The notes beneath the pieces are model-generated. The model was not told the origin of the DNA. It worked only from the letters and a program-made list of their open reading frames with translations, and did no database searches. This document shows, in pieces, positions 1-12,849 of a stretch of DNA of 64,000 nucleotides. This stretch comes from Epiperipatus broadwayi (Eukaryota > Animalia > Onychophora). The stretch is taken from positions 25,296,001-25,360,000 of the forward strand of contig JAQFVV010000004.1 of the NCBI GenBank assembly GCA_028023455.1, given 5' to 3'. Position numbers and translations under genes: made by a program. Position 1 is the first letter of the stretch, and the number at the start of each line of letters is the position of its first letter.

Positions 1-2948
1 TCATTCCAATCTGTCCCAAAAGTATTTATCATATTTATTTCACCATGCTTATTTCAAAGATATATTGCAACATTTGTGAAAGTGCTGTACTCAAATAATG
101 ATACTTTTATATTTATCTGTTTAATGTTTCTAAACCTGTCAGATGCTCACTTTAAAGCTCTAAGTTGTTATAGGTCCACTAGTATAAAAAATGTTGACTT
201 TAAAAGAATTGAAAAATAGAATGAACAATGACTTAAAGCAAATACAGAAAACATTTGTTTGACTTAGAATGAATTTTTTGGGAATACAAAATGTTGCAAC
301 TACTGAAAAAAAATATAGAAATTTGTTCAAACATTTAAAAGACTTGCTGCAATACTTTCATACTCTCATTTTCATTTTTTTTTTTTCAGAATCATTGTAT
401 CTGAATATATATATAAGTTAAGGTCTCTACGTAAAGACAGCTCATCCATTGCTATTGCTTAATCATCATCAGTGATAGTTTGCCAATTTTTTAACTAACC
501 ATCTGAATTTTAGAACTACATTATAAACCTTAAAGAGGCTCTACATCATTAAGATATAAAAGAAATTATTATTATAGAACATGGTAAATTATTTTATAAA
601 GGCGCTTATAGTGCAAAAATAATAGCAAAAATAATAAACCATTATTATATATAAAATTTTGCTCACAATGGCAATAATGAAGATATATATAAATATTGGT
701 CAAAAGTTAAATTTTAGACGGTCTACTTTTTTATAAATAATTTTTGTTTATTAAATTTAGATAACTTAATAATTATTACTTAATATACATATACTTTACC
801 GCAATCATTATTTTAATACCATGCATAATTCAGTGGAGTGATGGATTCTGGACCTCAAGACTTATTAATTGCAGCACTGTTTTGCCACCTTCTGCAATTG
901 AATTTCTGAGTACTAAATAATTTGACTTTTTTTTTCATTAATATTTCTCAAAAAATTTATAAAATTCTATAATAACTGAACCACTTGTAAGTTTTATTCA
1001 ATTTCAATAAAATTACTTCCAATATATATTATAATTCTCATAATGTATACAATGACACATACAAAAAAAAAATACGAAGATAAATATGCAACTTCTAATT
1101 TTGTTATTGTAATTATTTAAAACTTCCAAATATAAAAATACTAAAAGTAAGTTATCGGCGATGCTCACAAGTTACGAGTCTTTTTTAAATATAACTCTTA
1201 ATTTCACTCACTTTTTTTCTCATTATCTACTAACGTCAGTTGCCATGAATTTATTTAATTATCAATTAAAATTAGCGGGAAGACCATTTATATACAGGTA
1301 TTAAATAACTAACTAGATTGATTATAAGACAATTATTTAAAAAATGCAAACTTTATCTGAAAATTACTCATTTGTTGCTGAATTTTATTGCGTTATACTC
1401 AGTGGCTATTTATTTTCAATGAATCCATAGATAATATACTTTTAGTACACTTTTGAAAGTCTATGCTGCTAAGGATATGGTATCTTATTTATAAAACACA
1501 ATTATAATTAATATTGCCTTCCGCTGACGTAATTTATTAGATAACCTATACTATTCGTTTCCGTCCATCATATATATAAATTAAATATTCAATATATATT
1601 ACAAAAAATTGATTTTGAAATAATCTATAAATTTATATATTTTTCATTTCATGAAACAGAACTTTATTTAAGTTTTTATTGTGATTTAAAATTGAACAGA
1701 ACTATGATTTCTTATTTCCATGGAAACCAAATCATTAGCGAGGTTTTATTTTCACTTTGATTGAAGTACCAAGATTCTTATTTGGAATGTCAACGCATTT
1801 ATTCTAAAATTCAATTTTTATAATTGACTAACATCATACTTCTTTTTAATCTTCAAAATGAAGGTCATGTGATTATAATTTTGAAATAAAAATGTCTAAT
1901 ACAGATTCAAATTCATTAACATAGATAGGAGTTGATTTAAAAAAGAAAAAACAATCACATGGTGTTGTCAAATATCAGCAGATGGTGATAATTTTTTTTT
2001 TTTTTAGAAAATTTAAAAGGCAAAAATGTTGATGTGTAATAAAGTAAATATACGGGGATAAGGCTTAAAAAATGTCTGTGAGAAAAACTTCTAAATAACC
2101 ATATTTACAAAGACAGCTGAAAAAGTCATTTGAAAGGTATTTTATATATGATTAGATTTATATTTAATTATAAACTTTTATTAGTAAGCATAACAAAATA
2201 TATAGCTTATAATTAAAAAAGTTATTAAATGTGTTATTTATAAAACTAATAATATTTTTAAATGATGTTTAATAAGTTTTTGTTTTCTTAATCGTAAAAA
2301 TGAATAATAAACGATATTATTTTAAAAAAAATCATTATATAAAGATTAACTAAATATAATATATTGTAAACTGATTTTCTATTTATTAAAAAAATCAAAT
2401 ATCAGTTCACATATTTTATTTTGTTATCAATATTTTAGTTGTAACTCAAAAAAAATGAAACTATTCAAGGGATTTTGTGATTGAAGGTAGATAAAAAGTG
2501 ATGCCTTTAATATTAGATATTTTATATAGTTTCAATGGCTGTAGAAAGGAATTTGCTGTTAACTAAAAGAAGACTATTCGATATCTCGTGGAGGCCTTAA
2601 AGGAACCGAGCAAGGCAAAGTCTCAATATCTACTACATACATTCTTGTTGTTGCAGCTGTTATTACTATGCGATTATCTATATAGTATACAAACATAGAT
2701 GGACTGCCATCATAATGCATTAGCCAGTATAGTAAGTCTATTGGATTTTTACCTCTGAGTTTAAGATCATGAAACACTATAGTTTTACTTTTCAGGTGCT
2801 TGATAGCTCTTAACTGAAATACTAGTTGAGTTTTCTTGAAGGCAGAATAAATGTGTGTGTGAATAATTCTTTTTTCTAATAGGTATTTATAAACATGACA
2901 AACAAAAAATAAATCATTGTCCCCTCAAGAGGCTGTTGGTAGCCAAAG

Positions 2949-3150
2949 GCAGAGAGTGCTAAGAATTTCCTGATTGTAGTCCCAGGTTACCATCTGATAA
3001 AACTTTTTCATTATGTATTTACAACTGCAGAAGGAAGATTTCAAAAATTGGAAGAATTGTCTTGTATTAAATAGGATATTATTCGGCTTTGTAAGGTTAG
3101 AAGAAAAATGTGAAGAGTCAATTGATTTAAAAAATGGACATCTACTGTAG
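2949..3150 (+). mobile_element. RTE-clade LINE, 5' apurinic endonuclease fragment (part 1, interrupted at 3150)
   Basis: Translates as AESAKNF...EGRFQKLEELSCIK*DIIRLCKVRRK, then after a frameshift EESIDLKNGHLL. This matches the RTE endonuclease N-terminus pattern (LEEELxxIKWDIIGLxEVRR...GHLLYY). Confidence 0.75.
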
Positions 3151-6100
3151 TGTATCGGTCGGTTTTGTCTGGCCATATAACAAGATTAGCATCTAGGCAA
3201 AAGTACCTAGAGTCCAATCATGCGCAAGATACATAAGTCAGGAATTCTCATGAACTTTGCCCTATTTGCCTATTTACCAGATGTACCAACTTATGAGCAA
3301 TAATCCCGATGATACCGATCTAATTTATCTCTATCCACCAGCATCACAAAGCGGAGACACAAAAAGACTAATTTGAAATTATATAATGGAATATTTTAGC
3401 ATTAAATAGAAGTTTGACCCATTTAAAGTCATGATTTTTCATATTAAATATATCTATAAGATTAGCGGGAGATCATCTAGTCAGGGCAAGCATAATTTAA
3501 TAACTAAAATATTAATATTATAAATAAAAGAAACAATGATTCTGCAAGTTTAGGATATGTATATATATAAGATTTAATAATTTAAAGAAGTATGCATAAA
3601 GACTTGGTTTATTATTTAATTCATCGTCATTGGCCTCTTAACATACATATAATTTGATTGACATTTATACAGTAGTGGGAAATCACATGAAATTTGTCTA
3701 TAACTTAGAAAATGACACCTTTAATTATTATTCTATTTTATAGCAGCTAACTCATATGCTAATAATTTATAAATATACCGATGAACAGTTGATTTAGTGC
3801 TATGAGGAAATATATTTGCAAGATACCAATCCACCCCCAGAAAGAACAAACTGTAGCACTTAACCGATTTAGCTTACAAAGATTATTTTATGATTGAAAT
3901 ATTAACTTTATTAAAAATATATATTTTTATTAATAGGTGAAAGGATCTCAGTTTTTACTGAGTGAGAAACGTGTGTGGGATAGCTCGTTAATATATATAT
4001 AATGGCATCGCAAAATGACGCGCATATAAAAATATTAATAAATAAAATAAATAGATCTGTTTAGTTGAATCATAATATTATAGTTTATGGACATTCATAG
4101 GTTCGAGTTATGGCGAGAACTTTAAGAGAGCAATATATGCATGATGGCAGAATTAGATGATCCAATCTCAGATCTGAAAAAAAAGAGTGCTTCCAAATTT
4201 GAGGATGAAGAATAGTGACAGAATTCTTTCTGCTACTTTGGCAGATTTGTTTCACGGAATGAAGGTGTTGGCTATTATAATAATAGGCCACGTATTTCCT
4301 GGAGTGACCTTATGCCAATAGCTCATACGATGAAATAAATCCCATGGGTAGGTTTGCCAGCCGTGTTCTTGGACTTGGAATGAATATACGGAATCCGGAT
4401 TACCAAAAATCCCAGGGAATGAAGCATGAAGACACATATATGTATATTTGAATGTGGAGGCCTGTTTGCATACAATGCTTGGAATGAAAGACATATAATA
4501 TTTTAACACTAAAAATGAATGAATTATAACCTATGTATATTGGGAATGTCCAACGTAATAGTATGACTTAAATACTAAACAGTAATGGATTATTTAAACT
4601 TATTACTAAAATAAATATTCATTAGAATAAAGACTCCCCTTCCCCTTACTTTAATTGATCTATAAACTTCCCACAATGTTAAAGAAATATACATATACGA
4701 ATGGGGTGGTGGTTATTAATTTGAGAATAAATAGATTTCATTTCATATAATAAATTTGAATTTTTAGGATTAGTGCTTATTATTTAAATAAAATAAAACA
4801 TTTCTTAGAAAAACAGATTTTTACTATGTTTTTCTACAATGACATTATGAGATAATTAATTTGTTTTCCCCAAATTCGCAAGCATTTGCTAAGATAAAAA
4901 TAAGACTTGTTTTAATTCAAGTTAATCTAGTCACCCCATAAAGTAGAGAGGGGGAAAATAAAAATAAAAGAAAAATGACACTGGTGAATTTGAGGACTTA
5001 TTGGCATATTTAAATATATATAAAACATGATAATGAAAATTATAAAATATTGCTGCATGAAGATGAAAGAAATATTACATTTGTTTAATAGAGGCTCAAT
5101 GATAAAAAGAAATTAAAAGAGTTATATAGAGTTATATACAAGCTAGTGGTAAGTTAATTACAAATCATTTTAACAGAATATTAAATTTCTGGTCGAAGGA
5201 CCAGCTAATAGAATGATATTTTAAATTATATACAAAATTATTAGAAATAATTATGGAAGGCTGAATTTAATAGTTTAGACATTAGGCAGTGGTTAGAGTT
5301 ATTTTACCTTTATAAAATTAGTGGCAATCCTTGTTGATTCGTGTCCATTGGGATTGGTGAACTAGATCTAGTTAGATGTTGTCAGTCAGGCAGGTAGCAT
5401 TTAACTATTCAGTCTTTAAGCATATTAAAGTTCATGGGTAATGGGATCCTGAGTGATGACTGCAGGAAAGAACATGTCTGAATGGAGAGAAAGGTGAAAA
5501 TTTCCACTACTCACAATACATTGAATTATTGTCATGACAAGCATGGATTATCTCTACCATTACTGTTTAAATATTATGAGTCTCCTCTCTGGATTCAAAT
5601 CTAGCAGTATTTATACTTTTTTTGTTGATATTGGAATGCACTTAGCTGCTAGACCTGGGGCACTTTATCCACTTAGCAGATCTGGAATTTGCTGACCAGA
5701 TGTACCCTTTTGTTTAAGTAAGTTTTAAAGACAATACAACCCTATTAAAATTTTCTCGAACTGATTGTTTTAAAATATGATCTATGATTTTAAAACAAAT
5801 TTAAAGTGGATAAAATTTCCACTAATGGATTCTTACATTATTCTATAATATTATCATACGTTTTAGATGGACTAATTGGGTTTCCGGTAAATTGTCTTAA
5901 TTACATTTTAGAATATTCTTACAAGGATTGCGTCATCTCTTTTTTCTTCTGACCACCATGATTGAAAAATAACAAATTATACATATAATTTTTAAAATAT
6001 ACATTAATATAATACATTTTTCCTTTATATAGGTTTTAAAATTAATCTCACCTCACCTATAATATATACACATCCATTACTCAAGCATATGAATTAAAAT

Positions 6101-6303
6101 AAAATCAAATATTTATTTATTAAAATTAGTACATTAAGATATCTATATATCTACGTCAGTTATCATTTTATTAATTAAGCTACAAAATATATGTATTAAT
6201 AAATGCATATATATGCATAAGGATGGAATTTGAATATGTTTTGGTGATGGGAGATTCTGAGTGGGCTGTGAAGCTCGATCTGAGTATCAGGTTGACTGCT
6301 TTA
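3151..6303 (+). mobile_element. About 3.15-kb solo-LTR-like insertion (copy A), Gypsy-type termini
   Basis: Starts TGTATCGGTC and ends ...GCTTTA (decayed CA). Flanked by a 4-bp direct repeat GTAG (3147-3150, 6304-6307). Removing it rejoins the RTE frame (GHLL*YTG...). Collinear along its length with 19107-22087. Confidence 0.7.
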
Positions 6304-6307
6304 GTAG

Positions 6308-6500
6308 TACACAGGTATAAACATTGAAGGTACAAATGGAGTAGGATTCATTATAAATAAGAAATGGGAAAACAACATTGTGAGATTAATGGTGCATTTG
6401 ACAAATGAGATTAGTTATTCAACTTTATATCAAATGCAGATAATTCAGGTTTATGCTCCCAATAAATTCTTATTGTGATGAAGAATTAGCGGATGTTTAA
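6308..6500 (+). mobile_element. RTE-clade LINE endonuclease fragment (part 2)
   Basis: YTGINIEGTNGVGFIINKKWENNIV...IIQVYAP contains the APE motifs GVGF and QVYAP and continues the 2949-3150 fragment. Confidence 0.8.
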
Positions 6501-6511
6501 AATCAATAATC

Positions 6512-6813
6512 ACCACATGATCACCATTTCTTATGCTTGCTTATAACTGTTATTAAAACAGGAAAAACTCTATACATATTGCCACTCAATGCAAGCCAGA
6601 GTAATCAATGGATTCCAGAAGGCTTGTGCATAAAATCCCCATCTAGTGCCTACTCATCCAATATCCCCAGACTAAGCCACAAGCCAGAAACTAGTTTGGG
6701 GATATTGGATGAGTAGGCACTTGATAGGGATTTTATGCACAAGCCTTCTGGCATCCATTGAATACTCTGGCTTGCATTGAGTGGCAATACGTATAGAGAG
6801 TTTTGCCTGTTTT
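6512..6813 (+). repeat. Head + foldback repeat, copy 1 (hairpin 6555-6813)
   Basis: Arms 6555-6674 and 6692-6813 are near-perfect reverse complements around a 17-nt loop. Preceded by the head CACATGATCACCATTTCTTATGC...ACTGTTATT shared with other copies. Confidence 0.88.
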
Positions 6814-7879
6814 ATTGTTTAAAATCATCTTAAAATTAGATTTTTCCAATACAAAACTTGTATATTAAAAATTATTATTTCAATTTTATATTTTCCACAA
6901 GTAATTTGATCAACTTTGATTACTAATATTTTTTATTCATTTAAAAATAATAGGTTATTTAAATTCACTTAAAGATTCATGAATCAGCTTCAGTTCTATC
7001 ACTTTCAGTGATCAAATGATTTATGATCTCCTAAATAACAGACCAATTGATTACTTTTTATTTTTAATATTATATTTATTACTATGAAAATGTAATCCAT
7101 TCATAATTTTGCTAGTTTAGGATTATTTAACAAATTAATATATTGGTATAGTTGAAACATTGATAGAGACAAAGAAATAATAGTTTCAATACATTAAAAT
7201 AATGCAAATTTGAAAATATATTCATATGTTATAATGACAATATAAATACTTATTCTTACTTCTAGTCCTTTGTCTTTTATCCTTTGTTTTTTTTTTTTTT
7301 GTTCTTTATCTTATGTCTATTGTATTTCTCTTTTGCTGTTATTTAAAAAAAACTGACACTTTGGTCTGACTATAATAATCCAATGCATTTTTATTTCCCA
7401 TTTGTTAAGGTAGTTTCTTTTAAAAAAAAGAATTCATCCATTGAACCTTCCAATGACACTTTTGATCTAAACAATTTTATCAATATTGTTTTTAAATTGT
7501 TCTGGATTTTGTAGGTTTAATAAAATGCCTGATAGTATTTTTCAATGATAGGTTAATTTTCTGGTAGTTTGTTTTAATTATTATTAGGTTTCAATAGCTC
7601 TTCTTTATTTTTTTAGTTATTACAAGGTTTTGTTACATTTTCCATCTTCTCTCTTGGAAAGATAATTGTATATGTTCATCTCTATGCTAGGTTATGCAGA
7701 TTGGACAGTGTCACTTCTTCCTGTGTGTAGTGCCATGTAATGAGGAATAAACCACAAGAGCTTTTCTTAGTAAATCATTTTCATAAAATTTTAATTATAT
7801 ACATGTGAAACCATCATATTTTTGAATTTTAATGCACACTTTTTAACCTTTTAATGTTAAGCATGTATATAGTCATTTT

Positions 7880-8050
7880 TCACAATCTGATAGCATGAAC
7901 ATTTTCTGCTTCTGAAATGTCATCTGCCAAAATGTATTCCAACTGAAATTTACTGTAACAGCCATTTATAGTTTATCAAATTTAATTACTTCGATCCAAC
8001 TTTATAAGATGTTTATCAACAAGGAACTTAATTAAATCTCCCATACAATC
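7880..8050 (-). mobile_element. Possible Gypsy integrase C-terminal remnant
   Basis: Minus frame KFDKL*NGCYSKFQLEYILADDISEAENVHAIRL*K resembles the KFxxLYxGPY...Y.L.D.....H..RLK tail of Gypsy integrases. Degraded. Confidence 0.35.
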
Positions 8051-8055
8051 ATTAT

Positions 8056-9808
8056 TGAGATGATATTTTCTGCCATCTCATATATATGAGTATATTTATT
8101 TTAATAAAAGTGTTTGTAGTTATCAAAATATTTTAAAATAATAATCTTTGAAATCTGTTAAAAGTTTTTTTTTGATCTCAAAGAAATCAGGAATTCTTCA
8201 TTTTATAAATTTATTTAAATCCATTATAACTCAAGATAAAATTAGATCTTGAGATTTTGTTTTTGTTAAAAGATTTTTTTTATTGTAATTCTGGAAAACA
8301 AGTGGGTTGGGTAGGAAATTATAGACTTTTGCAAATAACTCTATTGTTGAAACTCGAAATACAAAAAGTATTTGTAATTAAAAATATTGTTGAAGTCGAT
8401 CTATTGTGCTAATTGAACAAGAACTTTTTCCATTAATTAAAAATGCAGTGACAATAAAAGGACAGAAATTAGAAATATCAAAATATATCTAAAAATAAAA
8501 CTGAAAAGTGAGAATCTAGTTTGTGAAAAACATAAATTGCAGATTTGGATTTTGTTAAAAGAATAGAAAAAAAGAAAGAGAGAGAGAAATATATATAAAA
8601 TCTCCAAAAATTTTGCTGTAAAAATAATATTAATCAGCACCAAAAAAAATATTCTCCCACCAGAGGACAGCAAAAACATTTCCCTTGGAGAAACTTATCT
8701 TACAGCCACACCTGGAGCCACCTGAGCAATCGTCAACTACTTTCTAGGATTGGTTCAGCAAGCTAGCCAAGGATATGTAAAAAAAAGGCCAGTGGACAAA
8801 ACAAGGGATTCATGCCAGCAGTTTCAGGACTGAAATCATATAAAGACATGACCCCCTTGATGAAAATGAAACAGCTGATTGATCTGGATAAATATGAACT
8901 TTTATTTAAAAAACTAATTCTGATTAGCATAATGGAATTCTAGACTCCATTAACTAAATTGAGTTGTATATTAAATATTCAACAAGTGGTGCTTTTAAGA
9001 GGGATTTCTTTTAATGGTATTTTGGTTGAATTAAAACCAGAGGGGTATGGTATTATTTTATTAACTTTCATTCATTAGAATTATGTATAAATTTAATTCA
9101 TTTTATTATGTTCAATCTGTATACAGTTTTGAATCCCAAAAACATTAACTGCTTGATCCAAAAAGACAAATGGGGGAGGGGGTAAAGATCAGTTAAAAGT
9201 TCCAACTATAAGCAAACACAGGAAGATGCTCAATGGCTGTAAGCAAACAATGGATACTTGCACCATCCATTAAGGAATTGAATATAATTATTTAACATGA
9301 AATGTAGAGGATTTGAGTAGTGCATGATAGTGCCCATTTTTATAAGTAAGTCAACCTAAGTTCATACCTATTTGGACAGTTCTTCAAAATACACATGGAT
9401 TGCTGGCATTTATAGGTTTTGTGTGGCACATGTTTGCTGTGGAACAAGATATAAAGCATTTAATAATGAACCATATTTAAAATAAAATGAATGGAATAAA
9501 AATGCATGTTTCTTTTTTGTCTTAAATTTTTGATCGAGTCAGTTGGATGCTCTAAAAAAAGAAGTTGGGAAAGCAGTTAGTAATAAGAATGAATATAATA
9601 AATATTTAAACCATACTTAAGTGCCTCTATCTTTAATCCTCTTATAATGTTAGCAACTAAGTGTCCATCTGGTTCAAACATAAAGTATAATTAATAGAGT
9701 CTGCATAAGATTACATCTTAAAATTTATTACATGACTGCAGTACATAAACAAATCATCAGTATGATCATTGAAGGTTCTTCTTGATCTAGGGCTAGGCTA
9801 TATGCTTA
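8056..9808 (+). mobile_element. LTR (5' copy, about 1.75 kb) of a Gypsy-type element
   Basis: Begins with TG, is a direct repeat of 11096-12849 (roughly 80-85% by eye), and is followed by the PBS-like TGGCGCCC. Confidence 0.7.
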
Positions 9809-9809
9809 G

Positions 9810-9817
9810 TGGCGCCC
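9810..9817 (+). other. Primer-binding-site-like sequence TGGCGCCC
   Basis: TGG (complement of tRNA CCA) lies 1 nt after the LTR end. A second copy, CGGCACCCTCGAAC, is at 12851-12864. Confidence 0.5.
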
Positions 9818-10492
9818 TCATACTAGTTATTGTAATTTTGTTAATCTTACAAATTTTGCAGCCAGAGTGTCAATTTGTTGTAGTACAAAATGTTAAAAAT
9901 GCTTTTCCAATATGTGGTCCTATTAATGTAGTGAACAACAAGGAGATAGTGAAAAATTAGTTAAGTTCAGGTGTTGGTAAAAAAGTAAGATAGTGTTCTG
10001 TCTGGGGGGGAGTTTGAGTTTTGAGATAGGTTTAAGAATAAGAAAAATGGATGAAGATGAAAGCACTATAAAAAGCCTGGACATGATTATTTAAACCCCC
10101 CCAAGTGATGTTAAGTTGTAAAAATATTGAAAGATATAGCTGCTCTAAAGTAAAAAGTAGTCAGAGATAGCAAAAAAAATTAAAAAGATGAAAATCATGA
10201 TAGGAGACCTGAGAAAGAATGTGACTAAGTTTAAAAAGAAGAGAGAAAATAGAAGTGGTGAGAGCAAAGCGGAAGGGGATCTAGTAAAAGCCACTCCTGA
10301 AGTTAGCAAGGATATAGAAAAGAAGCAAACAGAAAGGAAAGAAACAGCCTGTAGGGGAAATTAAAAATGAGTCCAAAAAGAAAGACCATGACAATAAACT
10401 TGAATAAAATAAATATAGAAATGATGCTTAACAAAGAAAGAGAGGCTTATCCAAAAAGGGCTGTGTTAGGAAAATTTATGCAAATAAAGGTC

Positions 10493-11066
10493 TTCAAGAG
10501 GAATGGGAAAGAAAATCCATTTCATTTATTTGGACATTTTGTATGATTTCTTTTACTTTAATCGATTGAGAAGGAAAAAATTCTCATAGCTACAAACCAT
10601 TTAAGTGGCCCTGCCTGGGCATGAAGGAAGACAATTGAATGTAACCTTAAGACATTCCAGGAATATAAAACAATGATGCTGAGGGGTTTCTGGAGCATAG
10701 AAAAACAGGAGGTAATCCACATGCAGATATCACAGGAAAAGTATATGTCAAACAGAAGAAAGTTATGGTCAGTTTTTCCAACATCAAGCTGCCAAACTCA
10801 GGGTACTTGAGGCTTAATCTATGGACCAATACCAGATTGTGATGACAATAAGGTATAACCTTCCAGTAGGGATCCAACACAAGCTTGCTGAAAACCTCAG
10901 GTTATCAATAGAAGTGTCGGAAATGTTAGTTGATATAGAATATAGTGATTCTGGGAAATATAAAAATGACTCTAAAGTTAGGTGGAAGAATTACAATGAA
11001 CCCCTGGTAAGGACCAGTAATAATCCCAAGAATGGAGAAAGGGGAAAAACCACATGGGGCAGTTAA
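10493..11066 (+). pseudogene. Degraded retrotransposon gag (Ty3/Gypsy capsid-like)
   Basis: FKRNGKENPFHLF...EKEKILIATNHLSGPAWA*...TFQEYKTMMLRGFWSIEKQ...IVMTIRYNLPVGIQHKL follows the retrotrans_gag pattern (K...A...L.G.A..W; F..F...FW; I...LP..IQ). Contains stops and frameshifts. Confidence 0.6.
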
Positions 11067-11082
11067 AGTTTTTATTTCTCCT

Positions 11083-11092
11083 GAGAGAAGGG
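11083..11092 (+). other. Polypurine tract
   Basis: GAGAGAAGGG lies 3 nt before the TG of the second LTR. Confidence 0.5.
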
Positions 11093-11095
11093 TAA

Positions 11096-12849
11096 TGAGA
11101 TGGTATTTTCTGCCATCACATATATATATAAGTATACATTTATTTTATTTTAATAAAAGTGTTTGTAGTTATCAAAATGTTTTAAAATAATAATCTTTGA
11201 AATCTCAAAGAAATCAGGATTTCTTCATTTTATTAATTTTCTTAAATCCATTATAACTCAAGATAATTCTTGGAAAAATGTGGGTTGGGAATCCATTATA
11301 ACTCAAGATAATTCTTGGAAAAATGTGGGTTGGGAGGGGAATTATAGATTTTCACAATTAACTCTATTGTTGAAACTCGAGATACAAAAAATATTTAATT
11401 AAAAATATTGCTGGAGTTAATCTATTTCACTAATTGAACAAGAACTTTTTCATTAATTAAAAATGCAGTGAGAATAAAAGAACAGAAATTAGAAGTGTCA
11501 AAATGTATCTAAAAATAAAACCAAAAAGTGTGAATCCAGTTTGTGAAAAACATAAATTTCAGATATAGCTTTTGTTAGAGGATGGAAAAGGGGAAGAGAG
11601 AAAGAAATATAAAATTTCCAGAACTTTTGCTGAAAAGATAATATTAACCAGCACCAAGAATACATTTTCTTACAATAGGTCTGAAAACTTCAGCTCTCAC
11701 AGCCTTGCCTGAAGCTGCCTGAGTAATCATCAACTATGGAAAAAGGATTGGTTCAGCAAGGTAGCTGTGGATATGTAAAAAAACCAATGGTTAAAACAAA
11801 GGATTCACACAGAAATTTCAGGATTGAATTCATATAAGGACATTATCCACTTGATGAAAGTGAAATACCTGATCAATCAGGATAAATATGAACTTTTATG
11901 TAAATAACTTATATTCTGATTAGCATAATAGAATTTTAGACTCCATTAACTGAATTAGTTTTACATAAAAATTTCAACAATAGAGCATGCAGTTTTTAAA
12001 ATGGAATTTTTAAATGTTATTTTGGTTGAATTAAAAAAGGAGGGATATAGTATTATTTTACTAACTTTTATTCATTGGAATTATGTATAAATTTAATTCA
12101 TTTTATAATGTTCAAGGTGTGTACAGTTTCGAGTCACAAAAACATTAACTGCTTAATCAGAAAAGACAAACAGAGGTGGGGGGAGGTGGTAGTAAAGATC
12201 AGTTAAGAGTTCCAACTATAAGCAAACACAGGAACCTTATGACAGAACCTGGTGCACATAAAAGGGATACTCAATGGCTGTAAGCAAACCACAGACACTT
12301 GCGCCATCCATTAAGGGATTCAATATAATTATTTAACATGAAATGTAAAGGGTTTGAGTGGTGCATGTTACTGCCCAATCTTATTAGTAAGTCAATCTAA
12401 GTTCATACCTATTTGGACAGTTCTCCAGGATAAACCTAGATTGCTGTCAACCATAGGTTTTGGATGGCACGTTTCCTCTGAAAAAAGATATATAAAACAT
12501 TTAATAATGAACTGTATTTAAAGGAAAATGAATGGAATTAAAATGTACATTTCTCTTTTGTCTTTAATTTTGGATTGAATCAGTTGGAGTATTCTGAAAA
12601 AGGGAGTTGTGAAAATAATTAGTATTAAGAATGAATATAATAAATATTTAAACTATACTTAAGTGCCGCTGTCTTTAATCTTCTTATAATGTTAACAACT
12701 AGTGTTCATCTGGTTCAAACATAAAGTATAATTAGTGGAGTCCACATAAGATTATATCTTAAAATTTATTATGTGATTGCAATACATAAATAAATTATCA
12801 CTATGATCATTAAAGATTCTTCTTTAACTAGTGCTAGGCTATATGCCTA
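11096..12849 (+). mobile_element. LTR (second copy), followed by PBS and leader homology to about 12925
   Basis: Direct repeat of 8056-9808. Homology continues past the PBS to about 12925. Confidence 0.7.
11245..11335. repeat. 45-bp tandem duplication inside LTR2
   Basis: AATCCATTATAACTCAAGATAATTCTTGGAAAAATGTGGGTTGGG occurs twice, identical. Confidence 0.92.

Noticed and set aside
835-910. VMDSGPQ resembling a retroviral aspartic protease site
   Set aside because: An isolated short match bounded by stops, with no gag or RT nearby.
2574-2777. ORF with YIDN resembling an RT YxDD motif (DIRS-like)
   Set aside because: It lacks the second Asp and any other RT motif, and there is no supporting flanking structure.
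3190-3290. Minus-strand IGQSS*...VS read as a GIY-YIG motif, or plus-strand CPIC/CPVC read as a zinc finger, in the A/B elements
   Set aside because: The motifs are not conserved in register between copies A and B, and both frames contain stops.
8437-8679. 80-aa F/L/I-rich ORF (also 9769-9960)
   Set aside because: Low-complexity chance ORFs in or across the LTR, and not conserved in the second LTR.
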